From: a virus
Length of the DNA stretch: 21,195 nt
UHGV virus genome: UHGV-1732480
Strand: one strand, 5' to 3'
Each line of letters starts with the position of its first letter. The first letter of the stretch is position 1. Positions 21,065 to 21,195 of this stretch are shown piece by piece. Position numbers and translations under genes: made by a program. The notes beneath the pieces were generated by a model. It saw only the letters and a list, made by a program, of their open reading frames with translations, ran no database searches and had not been told where the DNA came from.

Positions 21065-21195
21065 TTATTCCCGGTAGTTTTCCTCTGTAGGTTATCAACA
21101 CATCCTGCGCCTCTAAAATTACGGGGCGCTTTTCCGGCGACTGCTCATCCCCTTCACATAACCCGGCAGCAACATCCAGGAAGACCTGTCTGATG

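Overview
This window is the late (morphogenesis) region of a lambda-like prophage from an enterobacterial (E. coli-like) genome, with all late genes on the minus strand. Reading from high to low coordinates: SAR-endolysin R, two small membrane-protein ORFs, Rz/Rz1 spanins, an AT-rich accessory island, a cos site whose cosN matches lambda (GGGCGGCGACCT on the minus strand), then Nu1, A (frameshifted), W, B, C, D, E, FI, FII, Z, U, V, G/G-T, H, M, L, K, I and the 5' part of J running off the left edge. Gene calls rest on the ORF track plus my recalled similarity to phage lambda proteins; no database search was run. No tRNA, CRISPR array, integrase or att site is visible. The structural genes are tightly packed and ordinary. 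The candidates for anything undescribed are confined to four short non-lambda gaps: (1) two translationally coupled small membrane ORFs behind a terminator between R and Rz, with no holin visible upstream of R; (2) the AT-rich island between cos and Rz, with a small RHH-like ORF and a small hydrophobic ORF; (3) a ~340-bp insert between I and J carrying a near-consensus promoter and terminator that bracket a ~100-nt non-coding stretch antisense to the tail operon; (4) a divergent 90-aa ORF upstream of R. The large terminase gene is split into two frames, so the prophage is probably packaging-defective unless this is a sequencing error.
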